DNA of 64,000 bases from assembly GCA_000004985.1 (NCBI GenBank), contig GG738853.1; one strand, given 5' to 3'. Below are positions 10,935 to 23,501 of this stretch, one piece after another (position 1 is the first letter of the stretch; every line of letters begins with the position of its first letter). The DNA is from Naegleria gruberi (taxonomy: Eukaryota). The notes beneath the pieces were generated by a model. It did no database searches and was not told where the DNA came from. It saw only the letters and a list, made by a program, of their open reading frames with translations. The position numbers and the translations under genes were made by a program.

Positions 10935-11955
10935 TTATTTTTCTTCGAATTGTATTGAATTTAAAATGAAATCAATCAAAACTGAATTCTTGAAATTCTT
11001 CTTCTCATCTGCAGTTAACATCATGGCTGCAATGCAATATGGCAAATCCACTTGATTAAAAACAAGAACTTGACCAAATCTCAATTGTCCATGCAATTCA
11101 TTATGAAATTTGCTTTCTTCCAAATGTTCTATCTTAGAATTCAAGCCAAAATAATTCGAAGGTTTAATACGAATCTCTGTTTCTGCCATTTTGAAATGAG
11201 ATCTGTATTGTTCCACATGGGTAATTGTGGAGAGTGCCTTCTCCTTGCTCATATCAAATGGATAATCATTTCCATTTTCTAGAATGTAAAATTGTAAAGT
11301 TTTTGATTCACATCTAAGTAAAATTCTTTGAGATTCTTGAGATTCGTCTTTATCAAGAATAAAGAAATTTGGACAGTGGAAATGAAGATATCTCTTTCCT
11401 TTGTGTATAGTATATCTAGTGGAAGGTATGGTTGAAAGAAGTTCATTTCTATACTTGTCAATTTCGATATTTTCAATTGACCTTTCAATTGTAATTCCAA
11501 TAGTAATTTCTCCATGTTCAATATTTTCCAATTTTAATGTAATTACTTTCTCCTTATTAGATCCAAAAGAATTGTCAATAATAAACTCTGCATTTCCAAG
11601 AAAATCCTTCATTTCCAACACATTCCAATAACACATTCGAATAAAATTAACTTACATCCTTTGAAATTAAATCATAATCCATCACTATCACCTTCACTTT
11701 AACATGATCGACAGCTTTAACAAGTGCTGGCATTGAAAATGATTCATTCCAAATAGGATTTAAATTCTTCTTCTTGACACTTGTCTTGATTTTCTTTTCA
11801 TTTCCAATCAAGTCAATCGATCCATTCGGAATAAACGAGTCGATGATCACATAACCATCAGAACTGCAATTCGTATCAGCAGCTACAAGATTTTTACATC
11901 CGATAATGTTTATTTTAACATTATCATTAGGAAGAAGTGACAGTTGGCTTGACAT
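10935..11955 (-). CDS. C2 domain-containing protein
   Basis: complement(join(10935..11606,11656..11955)), with a 49-nt intron (GAT|GTAAGT .. GAAATGAAG|GAT, phase 0). Exon 1 (track ORF 11647..11955) has a C2-type fold signature: [52 protein letters not shown]. Exon 2 is track ORF 10935..11636 from DFLGNAEF onward. Confidence 0.6.
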
Positions 11956-12077
11956 TTTTTTTCTGTCAACAATCTCTTACAAGATCCTTTGATCTATTTT
12001 GTGATTTTAAGATTCTCAACAAGATTGTAATCAAATTCCAATCCAAAAAAACATCTCCACTTCTTGTATCTTGCAAA

Positions 12078-12704
12078 ATGTCAACTGACTCTGATTTTTA
12101 TTCATTTACTGTCAAGGATGCTGATTTAAATGATGTATCTATGGCTGATTATAAAGGAAAAGTAGTAATGATTGTGAATGTTGCCTCTAGATGTGGTTTC
12201 ACCAAACAGTACGGTAGGTATTTGTTATTGGAAAGTGTTGGAAATGCTAACCGAATCAATAGACGAAATTCAAGAAGTTTATAACAAGTATAAGGATCAA
12301 GGTTTTGAAGTATTGGCATTCCCATGCAATCAATTCGGATCTCAAGTAAGTTTCCTCTAAATTTTCAATCATCCAATTTAAACCAAACTATTCCTCATCA
12401 TTAAAAATTAAAATTCCATGCACTCAATCAGGAACCTGGCACCAATGAAGAAATCTGCACATTTGCCAGAACCAAATTCAAAGTCACCTTCAAAATATTT
12501 GACAAGATTAATGTCAATGGATCCGAAACTATTCCACTTTACAATTTCCTAAAGAAGGAAGGTGCTGGTTTTCTCGTTGATGCAGTAAAATGGAATTTTA
12601 CCAAGTTTCTCGTTTCAAAGAGTGGAAAAGTATTGAAACGATATGCTCCGAATACTTCTCCGAAAGATATGGAAGATGATATTCAAAAATTGTTAAAGGA
12701 ATAA
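12078..12704 (+). CDS. glutathione peroxidase, non-selenium Cys type (GPx4-like)
   Basis: join(12078..12213,12263..12345,12432..12704), with introns of 49 and 86 nt. Motifs are [13 protein letters not shown] (catalytic Cys in place of Sec), [22 protein letters not shown]|EPGTNEEI and KWNFTKFLV. Splice phases give ..CGFTKQY|DEIQEV.. and ..FGSQ|EPG... Confidence 0.85.
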
Positions 12705-12994
12705 GCTGCTTTAATTGTAAAATTAAATTATTAAATATTTAATATTAAATAATTGAAAATTCAATCTTCCAATTCAGAGTTTTCTTTCAATGATAAAATC
12801 TTTATCGGAGTTCACTTCCTATTTTTCTTCTTTTTCAAAACTCGCGCTCTTTTTAAAAACATGAACAATCACGAAGAAGAAGAATTGGAGGACTTTCACA
12901 ACAAAAAAACCCAACCTACATAGAGTTTGATATTTTCAGATTTTGTTCATCATCCAGTTATCATCATAAGCAGCATCATCATCGATAGGTAACA

Positions 12995-15900
12995 ATGGAC
13001 GGGTTATTATTATCTTCTTCTGCATCATCTTTGAGTCCTAGGAAGACCTCGTATTATTTATTAATTGTTTTACTTTGTTTGTTGTTGGTAGTTGTACAAT
13101 CGTCATCATCATGGCTAGTGAGTGGCTCTTCTTTCAAGTTTGAAAGTGAATTGTACAGTTTTGAAACTATCGACTCGGAGGCTTCTTCTTCATCTTTGCA
13201 ATGGATTGATACTTCCTTGAGTAATAATGAGAATAACATTATGATGACGATGGAAAGTGAAACTCTATCTTCCAATACTAATAACAACACAAAGGAAGCT
13301 AATGGAGTGGCCCTATTTACCTACTCCCACGAGTCGAGTATTCTCAAGTGGGAAATATTGTCAAAGGCTTCGAATTTTACCTATGAACAGAGTGTTGAGC
13401 AGGATAGATGGTTTGTTTTGGCTCACTCTGATTATGTCAATGAAACTAATGCTATGGAATATTGGGATAGGAATGAAACAACGAGGAGATTTATAGTTTT
13501 AGGGTAAGATTATTATTAATTTAAATATTAATTTATTATTGTAATTATTTGATATTTAATTATTTGAATAATAGTCAATCATGGAAGGGATTAATGAATG
13601 AAACTAGAAAATCTATCAATATTCCGGATCTATTCGAAAATTTGTACAAGGTGATGGTTATCCAAGTGGAAAGAAGTGATATCAAGAAAATAACAGTGAT
13701 TGAAAGTGGAATTATGAAGAATGTCTGTAAATCAAGCTCACCTATCGGAAGTTACAATTTAAGAAATTGGAAAATGTGGATTGTGTTAATATTTGTAGTT
13801 TTCATGTTAATTGCATTGATTATGGATGTGTTTAGACCATACTATGTGGTCATGGTAACTTTGATTTTATTTACCATAACGGAAATTATTTCTGTGAAAG
13901 AAGCACTTGAAGGATTTAGTAATGGTTAGTATCATTATAGATTAGTTTTATTATTTACATATTTGGAATGTTATAATGTGTGAATATATGAAAATGATAA
14001 TAATAACAGAGGGTATGGTAACAATTGGTTTACTATTTGTTGTAGTTCAACCACTTAGTCACAATCCAATTCTACTCAAATTGTCCAAATTGATGTTTGG
14101 TAAACCAAAATTTTTGCCACTCACACTTTTCAGAATTATCTTCCCAATCTCAATACTTTCCATGTTTTTGAATAATACTCCAATTGTAGTAGCATTCACA
14201 CCACTAATTGTAGAGTGGGCTCGTGAAAACAAAGTACCTGCCAGTAAGATTTTGATTCCGCTCTCATATGCCACACTTGCTGGAGGTTGTTGTACAATTA
14301 TTGGAACATCCACCAACTTGGTTGGGTCAGGTTTGATGGAAAGTTATGATTTGGATCCACTTTCATTCTTTGAGTTGATTTACATTGGAGGAATATTGTT
14401 GGTCATCATGTTGTTCTATTTGTGCTTTATTTCAATTTGGATTTTACCATCCAATACTGCAGGAATGATGGATTCCTACTCAAAGGAAAAGGGAGAATCA
14501 TTCATGAGTCATTTTGTTGTTCCAGAAAAGTCACCACTTGCTGGAAAATCAAAGAAATCTGTTTTGGCTCACCTAGGATTGAAATCTTTGGAAATTATCA
14601 AGGTTGTAAGAACCAAAGAAAATGCATCTGAAGATTTGGAAGTTGCCAATAATACTACAGTTACCTCAGTGGAGCAAATTACACCAGTAGAAGATACTTT
14701 CAGAATTCAAAAAGGTGACAGACTTGTATTCAGAGGTCTTCCAGAAGATATCATGCATTTGCACTCTATTACTGGTATTGAAAAGAAGGTAAAGTTTAAT
14801 AATGTAATCTTCAAGGAGAGCAATGAAACTCCAATCATTGAAGAAAAGCCATCCATATTTTCCAAGTTTTCATTTGGAAAGAAGAAGAAGGACAAGAGTG
14901 AATCCATGTCCCTGATGGAATCCAATAAGAATGCCACATATTATGGCGGTGGAGATAGTGATACCATCTCGACAGAAATCAAGGAATTGACTGAAGAACC
15001 AAAGGATGAACAATTGCTAGAAGTTACAGATCAAGCACCACCTTCCACCTCTAGTGATGTCAAAAAATCACTCAAAGGTAAAGAAATTGGTGCTGATTTG
15101 GAATTCTTAGAAGTGGTCATTTCAAATAATAATTCACTTCTTGGATCTGATTATAGAGCTTTTGAAAAACACTTCCAAACAGTCGTTTTTGCTCTCAAGC
15201 ACAGAGAAACACTGATTGAAACAAACACAGAGACTGATGATTTCCACTCAGCAAATGTTTCAACAGGAGATTCTGTTTTAATTATTGCTCCAAAAGATTT
15301 CCATGACAAGTGGATTGAAACTAGAGAATTTTTCTTAATTTCTCGCTCCACAGTAGATCCAAAGAAGGATGTGAGAAAATTCATTGTCAAATTCAGAGGA
15401 AAGGAATTCAATTTGTGGTGGTGGGAATATCTTGTTGTTCCAATTTTCGTCCTCATGGTTGCTGGTGCAACTGCTGGTTATCCAATGATCAAATGTGTCA
15501 TGATTGCATTCGTTTTGATGATTTTGCTCAAATTAATTAATCCAACTAAGGCTGTCCAAGTTGTTGATTGGCAATTGTTATTATTAATTGCTGGAAGTTT
15601 TGGTGTTGGCTTAGCTATTAAGAATAGTGGTTTTGCTGAGGCTCTTGCTGAATTGGTTGTCTATTTGAAAATTCCACCACTCGTGATTCCAGCATTAATT
15701 TTCCTCTTTACACAAATTTGTAGTGCTGTCATTACAAACACAGCTGCTGTGAGCGTTAATCTTCCACTTGCTTTGGCTATTGCTGAAGCCAATGGTTTAA
15801 ATCCAAGAATGATTAGTATTATTGTGATTGTTGCTGCATCCTCTGATTATACATCTCCTATTGGTTCCACGACAAATCTCATTGTCCAAGGACCTGGAGG

Positions 15901-16012
15901 ATACAAATTCTTTGACTTTACCAAAGTTGGTCTTCCTCTTAATGTAATGTTCTTGGCTGCATGTGGTACTTTGATTCCATTAATTTGGGGTTTAAATGCT
16001 CCTAATTTCTAA
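12995..16012 (+). CDS. ion-transporter (IT/DASS-ArsB-CitMHS) superfamily permease with two internal TrkA-C (RCK_C) domains
   Basis: join(12995..13503,13575..13924,14010..16012), with introns of 71 and 85 nt, giving about 954 aa. An N-terminal signal peptide is followed by an S-rich region. Permease motifs are LIPLSYATLAGGCCTIIGTSTNL and ..SSDYTSPIGSTTNLIVQGPGGY. The central cytosolic region has two TrkA-C-like modules (SPLAGKSKKSVLAHLGLKSLEIIKVVR..IQKGDRLVFRGLPEDI, and NNSLLGSDYRAFEKHFQTVVFALKHRE..STGDSVLIIAPKDF). Confidence 0.6.
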
Positions 16013-17234
16013 TTCATGTTTGATAAATTATCACACATGTATTTATCAAATTATTTAGCATCATGTTTTTGTTTTCACATGCATCCAATTTCTTTGTTTT
16101 TGCATGTGAGCATCATTGATAGATTCAATCACTACATGCTATCATATGATTGGTGCATATTATGTGATGCATGCATCCAATACCTCCATCCTTAATTAAT
16201 TCTTGTCCTCAATTTCCTCCAACCAAATTATTTATGATCCATTCACACAATATCCAAGCACTTGCCGTAAACCATTTTTTTGAACTTGTTTCCTTACTTG
16301 TGCTGGCCAATGCCACAACATGTCCAAGTCAATGTTGTTGATGAATGAGAATGAAATTACACCATGCAATGTGTATAATATGTATCAATAACTAGCAAGA
16401 TGAAAATTTTTCTTATCTAACCTAAACCAAATATCAACCTCTTAATGTGCTACCTGCCTTGTTACTATTTGCTTAATGGATGCAAATATTCATGTGGATT
16501 TTTCTTTTTTACTTGATGATATTAATAGACTAAGCGAGCACTCCAATGGAGTTGATTGGGATAGTGTTAAGAATTGCTGGTTTTATGGTGAATCACCGTA
16601 AAGAGCTAGCTACTTGAAACTTGAAGGAGTGTAACACTGCTCAGTTTCCAATTTGATCATATCAAAATTCGGTCGTACTGTATTACCATACGGTTTCATT
16701 TCTTATAGAATAAGCAATTCTCCTGTTGGAAAGGTATATCTCTCCCAACTCCCACAATTCCTTTGAGGAGCAGCTACTCATGTGCATCCCTTAATAACTA
16801 CAATTAGAATGTTGTCTAATAATACATTCACAATTGGAAGACAAAAACAGATAGCTTCATTGCTAAGGACCTTAGCCATTAAAGGACCCTTGATATATCC
16901 ATACAAGTCAACAGTTAATAATCACTGTATATATAGATCGGTACGATAGCCGTCGACGAGTGTGGGAACAAAAAGGGTTCAATTCTAAACTGTTGCCAAG
17001 ATGTTTGCGCCTTAATTGTGTAAAGAAGGCCCCTTAAAGCATCATTGATAACATGTGTGATCAACTCTATAAGGAAGAGATAAGGAAGGAAAATTATAGT
17101 AACAGAGTTGGAAATTGGCTCTATTTGACAATGTCCATGTGTGAGGCGCTATGTTTTTTGCTGTCCAACAAACAAACATCAACACCAATACATAATACTA
17201 TTCAAAGGTCAAACAAGTTGTAAAAATTGCTTCC

Positions 17235-18404
17235 ATGTTAACAGCCTGCTATTGCCCTCAAAATATTATGTTATCTAGAACTAGTGCATCTGGTGGTGCT
17301 TCACTTGACCAATTCGTTGACGACTGTGGGAAGCTAATAAGGAAACGATCGACTACTTGTGCAAGCAACTGTAGCAATAGGAGTTTCACTTCTTCATCCA
17401 TTGCCTCATCATGTCCCTCCTCAATTTCCTCTTCTGAATTTAATGATGAAGAGGTGGCATGTTTGAATCATCATCATCATCAGCAGCAGTATCATTTCTA
17501 TCAAGAAACACATCCACTAAATGTTAATCAACATGGCTCAATCAATAATGAATTTAATAGTGGTGAGGAATTTTATGGAATGGGAGTTGGAGTTGGAGGT
17601 GTGTCTCTTTCATCAGAAAACAGCATCATGAGCAGTATGAATCTTAATAATTCAATGTGCAGTCAAGATCCTATTCAGAACTATTACACTTCTTCATCGT
17701 CCAATAGAATCAATATTGTAAGTTGAAATACAATTGAGATCCTCCTTACAACAACTCTTCGCACAAATGTGTATTCTCCCATCACCACCACACTACTTTT
17801 CAAAATCATGAATATAGGATAAAGATGAAATGGTAAGTAGATATCCATCCATCAGAAACAAGCTAATCATGATGCTATTTAGAAAAAGTATTTTAATGCT
17901 CCTCAAGTATTGGCAGCACGAATGCTCAATGTCAGTGTTTCCACTCTCAAAAGAAGATATTATGAAATGTATAAATCAAGATGGCCTTATCAGAGAGTAC
18001 GTATTTACGCATGCATCATTTTACTAATCATGTATTTCAAATCATGTCACATGTGCATTTATGTGGAATAGTTAGCGAATGCGGAGAGGAAAAAGAGTAT
18101 TTGGTACTATGTCAATGAAGAGGATGAATCTGAAAAGTACATTTCATCTGAAAGTATGACAACTCTATTGAAAGCATTCGAAGATCCAACAGTTCAAATG
18201 ACAAAGGTGAAACAGGTAAAGGAGAAACAACCTTCCCAAGTACAAAGACAATTTCTGAGTTATATTCCACCTTCAGAGAAGACTAAACGATATGACGATG
18301 TAAATTTGACACAAATAACATCAAACTCGACTCAAATTAAGGGAGGATCTAGGCAAAAGTACTTTTTGATTGGAGGTAAATCAAGAAGAGGAAACAAGCA
18401 TTGA
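17235..18404 (+). CDS. hypothetical multi-exon gene (S-rich N-terminus); exon boundaries unresolved
   Basis: Track ORFs 17235..17726, 17830..18027 and 18156..18404 lie on one strand, separated by GTAAGT/GTACGT-like donors (17718, about 18000) and pyrimidine-rich AG acceptors (about 17862, about 18070). Frames can be joined into one product. No recognisable domain. Confidence 0.25.
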
Positions 18405-19389
18405 ATTTAGATTGGATAATGCAGTGAAAAATCGATCAGCTAGCTGTGTTAGTAGTGTTAACATATCATGTAATCTGCACAACAGACAACCATACGAGAA
18501 TGCAACCAGAAGCATGTCATTACTCTCCTCTCTCGATTCCTCAATTAAGGAGATAAGCATTTCCATATAGATTTGATCAATGAATGCAAACAGCAGTGTG
18601 TCTATTGAGGCTAAACAAGTGTGTGTGTTAAATAAGACCTAAAAATGTAATGAATGAAAATCACAGTAAATAAATGGACCCTTCAATCTCTATATTTGGA
18701 AGTTTAATTCTTTATATGAACTAGTGGTCACCACAAAATCTAGTGCCGATCAGAGATGGCTTATTGTTATATTTACTATTTTAACATTCTATATCTAGTT
18801 AGTCGCATTCCTTAATATGTTGCTTCAACAATTTGCTTAAACTTGCTGAATGCTCACTACATTATACATTAAGGGTTCAGACGTTTTCAAGTTGGTTTTG
18901 TATAAAACAAAAAGAAAATCAGAACTTGCAATTATGGTTCGCCCCCTACAAGAAGATGTGTCCCTTCACATTGCAACAACTTCCATGTGTCCAATTATCT
19001 TCCTTTTAAACGTAACACATGAGATGGAGGAGAAACAATCTATTTAGCATGATTTGCAACAGATTCAATTCACACTACAGTTTCGCATGTGATGCAATGA
19101 TATCGAAATGAAGATACAATATTACCTTACATGTGTTCCATTTGAGTATAATTAGTAGCTTTTATTGATCAACCGAGTCAATCGTGGACTAAATTTAACT
19201 TTATGAGCTATATTTTACAAACAAAGAATTTTAAACTAACATCAGAACATGCATCTTCAATCCATTCAATCCATACGAAGATCGCACTTTAACAATAATG
19301 CTAAACCAATAAGCTGGAAATGGGAAATTTTGGGATTGTGAAAATCCAAATTCATAACTGAGATAATTCATTTCTTTTTATTTACACAA

Positions 19390-19764
19390 TTAAGCAATGA
19401 CTCTTGGATTCCATGTCAAGACAACATACAGTCCAAATGCAACCAATCCAAAAGCAATCACACTGCTCACCCCGAATAATATTATACTAGCAAGTGCCAA
19501 CTTTTTACATGTTGGACTATCCGAATTACGATACTATATCATGTAATCATTAATTGATCATTAATTGAGCAGTTTAATATGTGGACAATAGACCATTCAA
19601 CTTACCTTTACAAAATTCACAATCCAAACAATATTCATCAAAAATCCAAGGAAAAAGAATAAGGTACACATCTCTTCATCATGTTGAATACTTGATGATG
19701 ATGTATGGTGAGCCAGATCATTGGATGGCGAGGTAATTAAACGTTCATCATCTCGTTGTTGCAT
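19390..19764 (-). CDS. hypothetical 100-aa two-TM membrane protein (2 exons)
   Basis: complement(join(19390..19533,19606..19764)), with a 72-nt intron (AAG|GTAAGT .. ATATAG|TAT, phase 0). Exon 1 encodes MQQRDDERLITSPSNDLAHHTSSSSIQHDEEMCTLFFFLGFLMNIVWIVNFVK. Exon 2 encodes YRNSDSPTCKKLALASIILFGVSSVIAFGLVAFGLYVVLTWNPRVIA*. Both exons are under 60 aa, so neither appears in the ORF track. Confidence 0.3.
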
Positions 19765-20180
19765 CTTGTGTGTAATTTTTTTTTATATTTGTGGTCGCAT
19801 CTAAAATAGTAGTATAATTAAGAACAGTGTGGCTTCTAATTGGTTTCCACTGAACAATCCAATTGTTTCACCCGAATTTTGGCAATTCATCATGAAGACA
19901 AAAAACAATATTCCGATATTCTTTAATGATGTCAAATTATTGGTAAATCTCCTAAGATTGATCCATCAATAATAATTAACACCCACCTTCATTGCCTACT
20001 AAACAACACAGTCCTCCCTTCATGTCCGATAACAATCATCCTCTTCATCTCTCTTCATATTTTTTTTAAAATTATTAAAAAATTTACAGCAAAATCCTTT
20101 TTTTTTGATCATCACATCACGAATTTATTTAATTAATTTAATTTCATTATAATTTATTGAAAACAATTAACTATTGAAAA

Positions 20181-21173
20181 ATGTCATCATCATCATCTGC
20201 TAATACTAAACCAGAATCACCAACAGCAATGCTATCCGATAATTTGTTCAATGTAAAGGGAAAGATTGTTGTCATTACTGGTGGCACGAGAGGAATTGGC
20301 TTGGCCATTGCACAAGGCTTTCTCATGAATGGAGTTGCTAAAGTTTACGTCTGTTCGAGAAGGAAGGAAGCCTGCCAACAAGTTGAAGATCAAGTGAATC
20401 AATTCGTTAAAAAGTACTATAGTGGAAAAGATCAAATTCCAAAACTTGTTGCTTTACAGGCTGATTTGGCCACAATGGAAGGAATTGAATCATTTTGTAG
20501 TCAAATTGTTGAAGATAAGGTTGATGTCTTGGTCAATAATAGTGGAACTAATTGGGGAGAATCAGTGGATACTTATCCTGAACATGCTTGGGATAAGGTT
20601 ATGGATTTGAATTTAAAGACACCTTTCTATGTGATTCAAAAGTTACTGCCAAAATTGAGAAATGCTGCCTCAATTGATAATCCAGCAAGAATTGTGAATA
20701 TTGGATCAATTAATGGAGTGACTTGTCCTAATATGGATACATTTGCATATTCTGTTTCTAAAGCTGGATTGCATCATTTGACTAAACACTTGGCACTTCG
20801 TTTGGCAAGTGATCATATTGCTGTCAATGCATTGGGTATGTTGTTTGATTTTGAAAATTTTATTGAATTTCAAATACTTTACAAATTATTTCACACTTGA
20901 TTTATTGGAATATTATTTTAAAATTAATTACATTTCTAAATTAATTTCTGCTGATATCATGTTACAGCTTGTGGATTCTTCTTTACCAAAATGACAAAAC
21001 AAACCTTTGAAGACTTTGGAGATCACATTATGGAAAATATTCCTCTTGGAAGAGTTTCCAAAGGATCTGACATTGTTGGAGCTACTCTCTTTCTTTCCAG
21101 TCTTGCATCTGCCTGGATGACTGGTAATATCATTGCCATCGATGGAGGCTCTCTCATCAAATCCAGTTTATAA
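20181..21173 (+). CDS. short-chain dehydrogenase/reductase (SDR family oxidoreductase)
   Basis: join(20181..20835,20968..21173), with a 132-nt intron (TTGG|GTATGT .. TTACAG|CT). Motifs are GKIVVITGGTRGIGLAIAQ (TGxxxGIG), NNSG and YSVSKAG (catalytic YxxxK). Exon 2 encodes ..CGFFFTKMTKQTFED..GNIIAIDGG. Confidence 0.8.
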
Positions 21174-21404
21174 AATCATTGAATCATTCTCAATATTACC
21201 TTCACTGCCACACACCACATCTACTTGTATCATACATTAAATATTTCAACAATTTACAATATTACCAAGCAGCTGTCATCTTTTTTAACCTATTTCCCAT
21301 TTGGCATTCCATTACTCCATCAAATTTTCCACATCTTGCTCTAAAGTTTACAAAAATCACCAAATTTGCCTTCGAACCGTACACACAACTCACGGACAAA
21401 AAAA

Positions 21405-23439
21405 ATGAAGAGAAAGATCTTGGGAAGAATCCTCTGCCAACCAACACAAGAGGCCAATAAACAACAACAGCTGATGAACCTGTTGTTGATCAATAATAAG
21501 AATCATCATCAGATGAAGATGAAAAATACATTAACAGAAAAAAGACAATTTTCGACACAACAAATTGTTGAATCTTCCTTTGGTCATCATCATCAATTTC
21601 TTGTTGATAACAAGCCTTTGATTGTTGATCAACAGGTGAGTCATATCAAGGGATCGACAAGGGAACCACTCATTCATGAAACCTTGTTTGAATTGTTTGA
21701 GAAACGTGTCTATGAGATGGATTCTCATCCATTGTTGCAAGTTAGTGGTTCCGAACATAATTTAAATCAGGATCAGACCTTTTCATGGAGAGAGGTTCAT
21801 GAGCAGAGTTTAAAACTTGCTAATGCTCTTCATAGATTGGGATATAAGAAGGAGGATCGTATTGGAATTTGGATGCCTAATTCACATGAATGGTCAATTG
21901 TGTTGATGGCAGCTGCCAAGTTGGGTTTGATTGTTGTAAATGTTAATCCTGCTTATAGAAAGCATGAATTGCAACATGCTTTGAATTTGGTACAATGCAA
22001 GGGTTTGATTATTGTTCCAGAATATAAGGGAACTAATTATGTTCAAATGTTATATGATTTGTGTCCTGGATTGGATAGAAATGTGAATCAAAATGGCGGA
22101 AAACATGCTTATTCAGATGAAATGCAAGTGCCAACTGTTGAATCTGAAGCATTACCTCATTTGAGACATATTTTCTACTGTTCTCCATCTAGAGCTTTCT
22201 TCCCTGGAATGATTGATTTTACAAATGAATTGTTGAACATGTCCATTCCAAAAGGATTGACTCATCAACAATGGATGAAAGCCAAGCATAATTGTAATGA
22301 TACTTTAAAGTAAGTAGTGCAGATCTTAAAGTGTGAAATTTAACATTTCCAAAAATTTAATTAGTATTCAATTTACATCTGGAACAACTGGATTACCAAA
22401 GGGAGCTGCCCTTTCACATTTTAACATTGTAAATAATTCATATTTTGTTGGAAAGGCAATGAATTTGCAGACTGGAGTTGACAAACTGGCCTTGTGTGTT
22501 CCATTTTACCATTGTTTTGGTTCAAATTTGGGATTCTTGGCCTTCTCCCTTCATGGTTGTGGAATTGTCTTGTCAAGCTTTGGATTTGATCCTGAAGCCA
22601 CTCTCAGAGCAGTTCACAAATACAAATGCACAGCTCTTCATGGCGTTCCAACAATGTTTATTGCTGAATTGGAACATCCAAACTTTAAGAAATATGACTT
22701 GTCATCCCTTCGTACAGGTATTGTGGCTGGTGCTTTGTGTCCAATGCCACTCATGAAAAGATGTATCAATGAAATGAATTTGAGAGAATTGATTAATGTT
22801 TATGGTATGACTGAGACATCTCCTTACTCATTCAATACACATATTAATGATAGTTTGGAAGTTCGTACCACCTCAGTTGGTAGAATCCATCCTCATGTTG
22901 AAGCAAGAGTTGTGGATCCAGAAACTGGAAAGGTTGTCCCATTTGGAACTCAAGGTGAATTGCAAGTGAGAGGATATTTGGTTATGAAATATTATTGGGA
23001 TCAACCAGAAGCCACTAAGAAAGTCATTGAAAATGGATGGATGAAGACTGGTGATATTGCCGTATTCAGAACCGATGAAAATGGACCATACTGTAGCATT
23101 GAAGGAAGAATTAAGGATATTATCATTAGAGGAGGTGAAAATATTGTACCACGTGAAATTGAGAATTTCCTCTACATGAATCCAAATATTAAGGATGTTG
23201 CAATTGTTGGAGTTCCTGATGAGAAATACGGAGAACAAATTTGTGCTTGTATTATATTGAAGAGTGGAAAATCATTAACTGAAGAAGAATTGAGAGCTTT
23301 CTGTCAAGGACAAATAGCTCACTACAAGATTCCAAAATATGTCATGTTTATGGATGAATTCCCAATGACTGTTACAGGAAAGATTCAAAAGTTTGTATTG
23401 CGTGATTGGGCAACAGACAAATTAGGATTGAAAAAGTAA
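21405..23439 (+). CDS. acyl-CoA synthetase / AMP-dependent ligase (ACSF2-like medium-chain), probably mitochondrial
   Basis: join(21405..22309,22365..23439), with a 55-nt intron (AAA|GTAAGT .. AATTAG|T, phase 2). The splice recreates the AMP-binding motif ..DTLN|IQFTSGTTGLPKGAALSH. Downstream motifs are YGMTETSP and TGDIAVFRTDENGPYCSIEGRIKDIIIRGGENI. The track ORF begins at TTG 21366; the first ATG is 21405 (MKRKILGRIL). Confidence 0.85.
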
Positions 23440-23501
23440 TTGTTACTTTGTAAACTATTAAAAAATACTTGTAAATTATTATGAAACAGCAAAGATAAAT
23501 T

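Noticed and set aside
17740-17760. CCTTACAACAA, one mismatch from the dictyostelid Class I RNA motif CCTTACAGCAA
   Set aside because: There is no DUSE-like element about 60 nt upstream. It lies within a probable intron of the putative 17235-18404 gene and has a mismatch in the conserved core.
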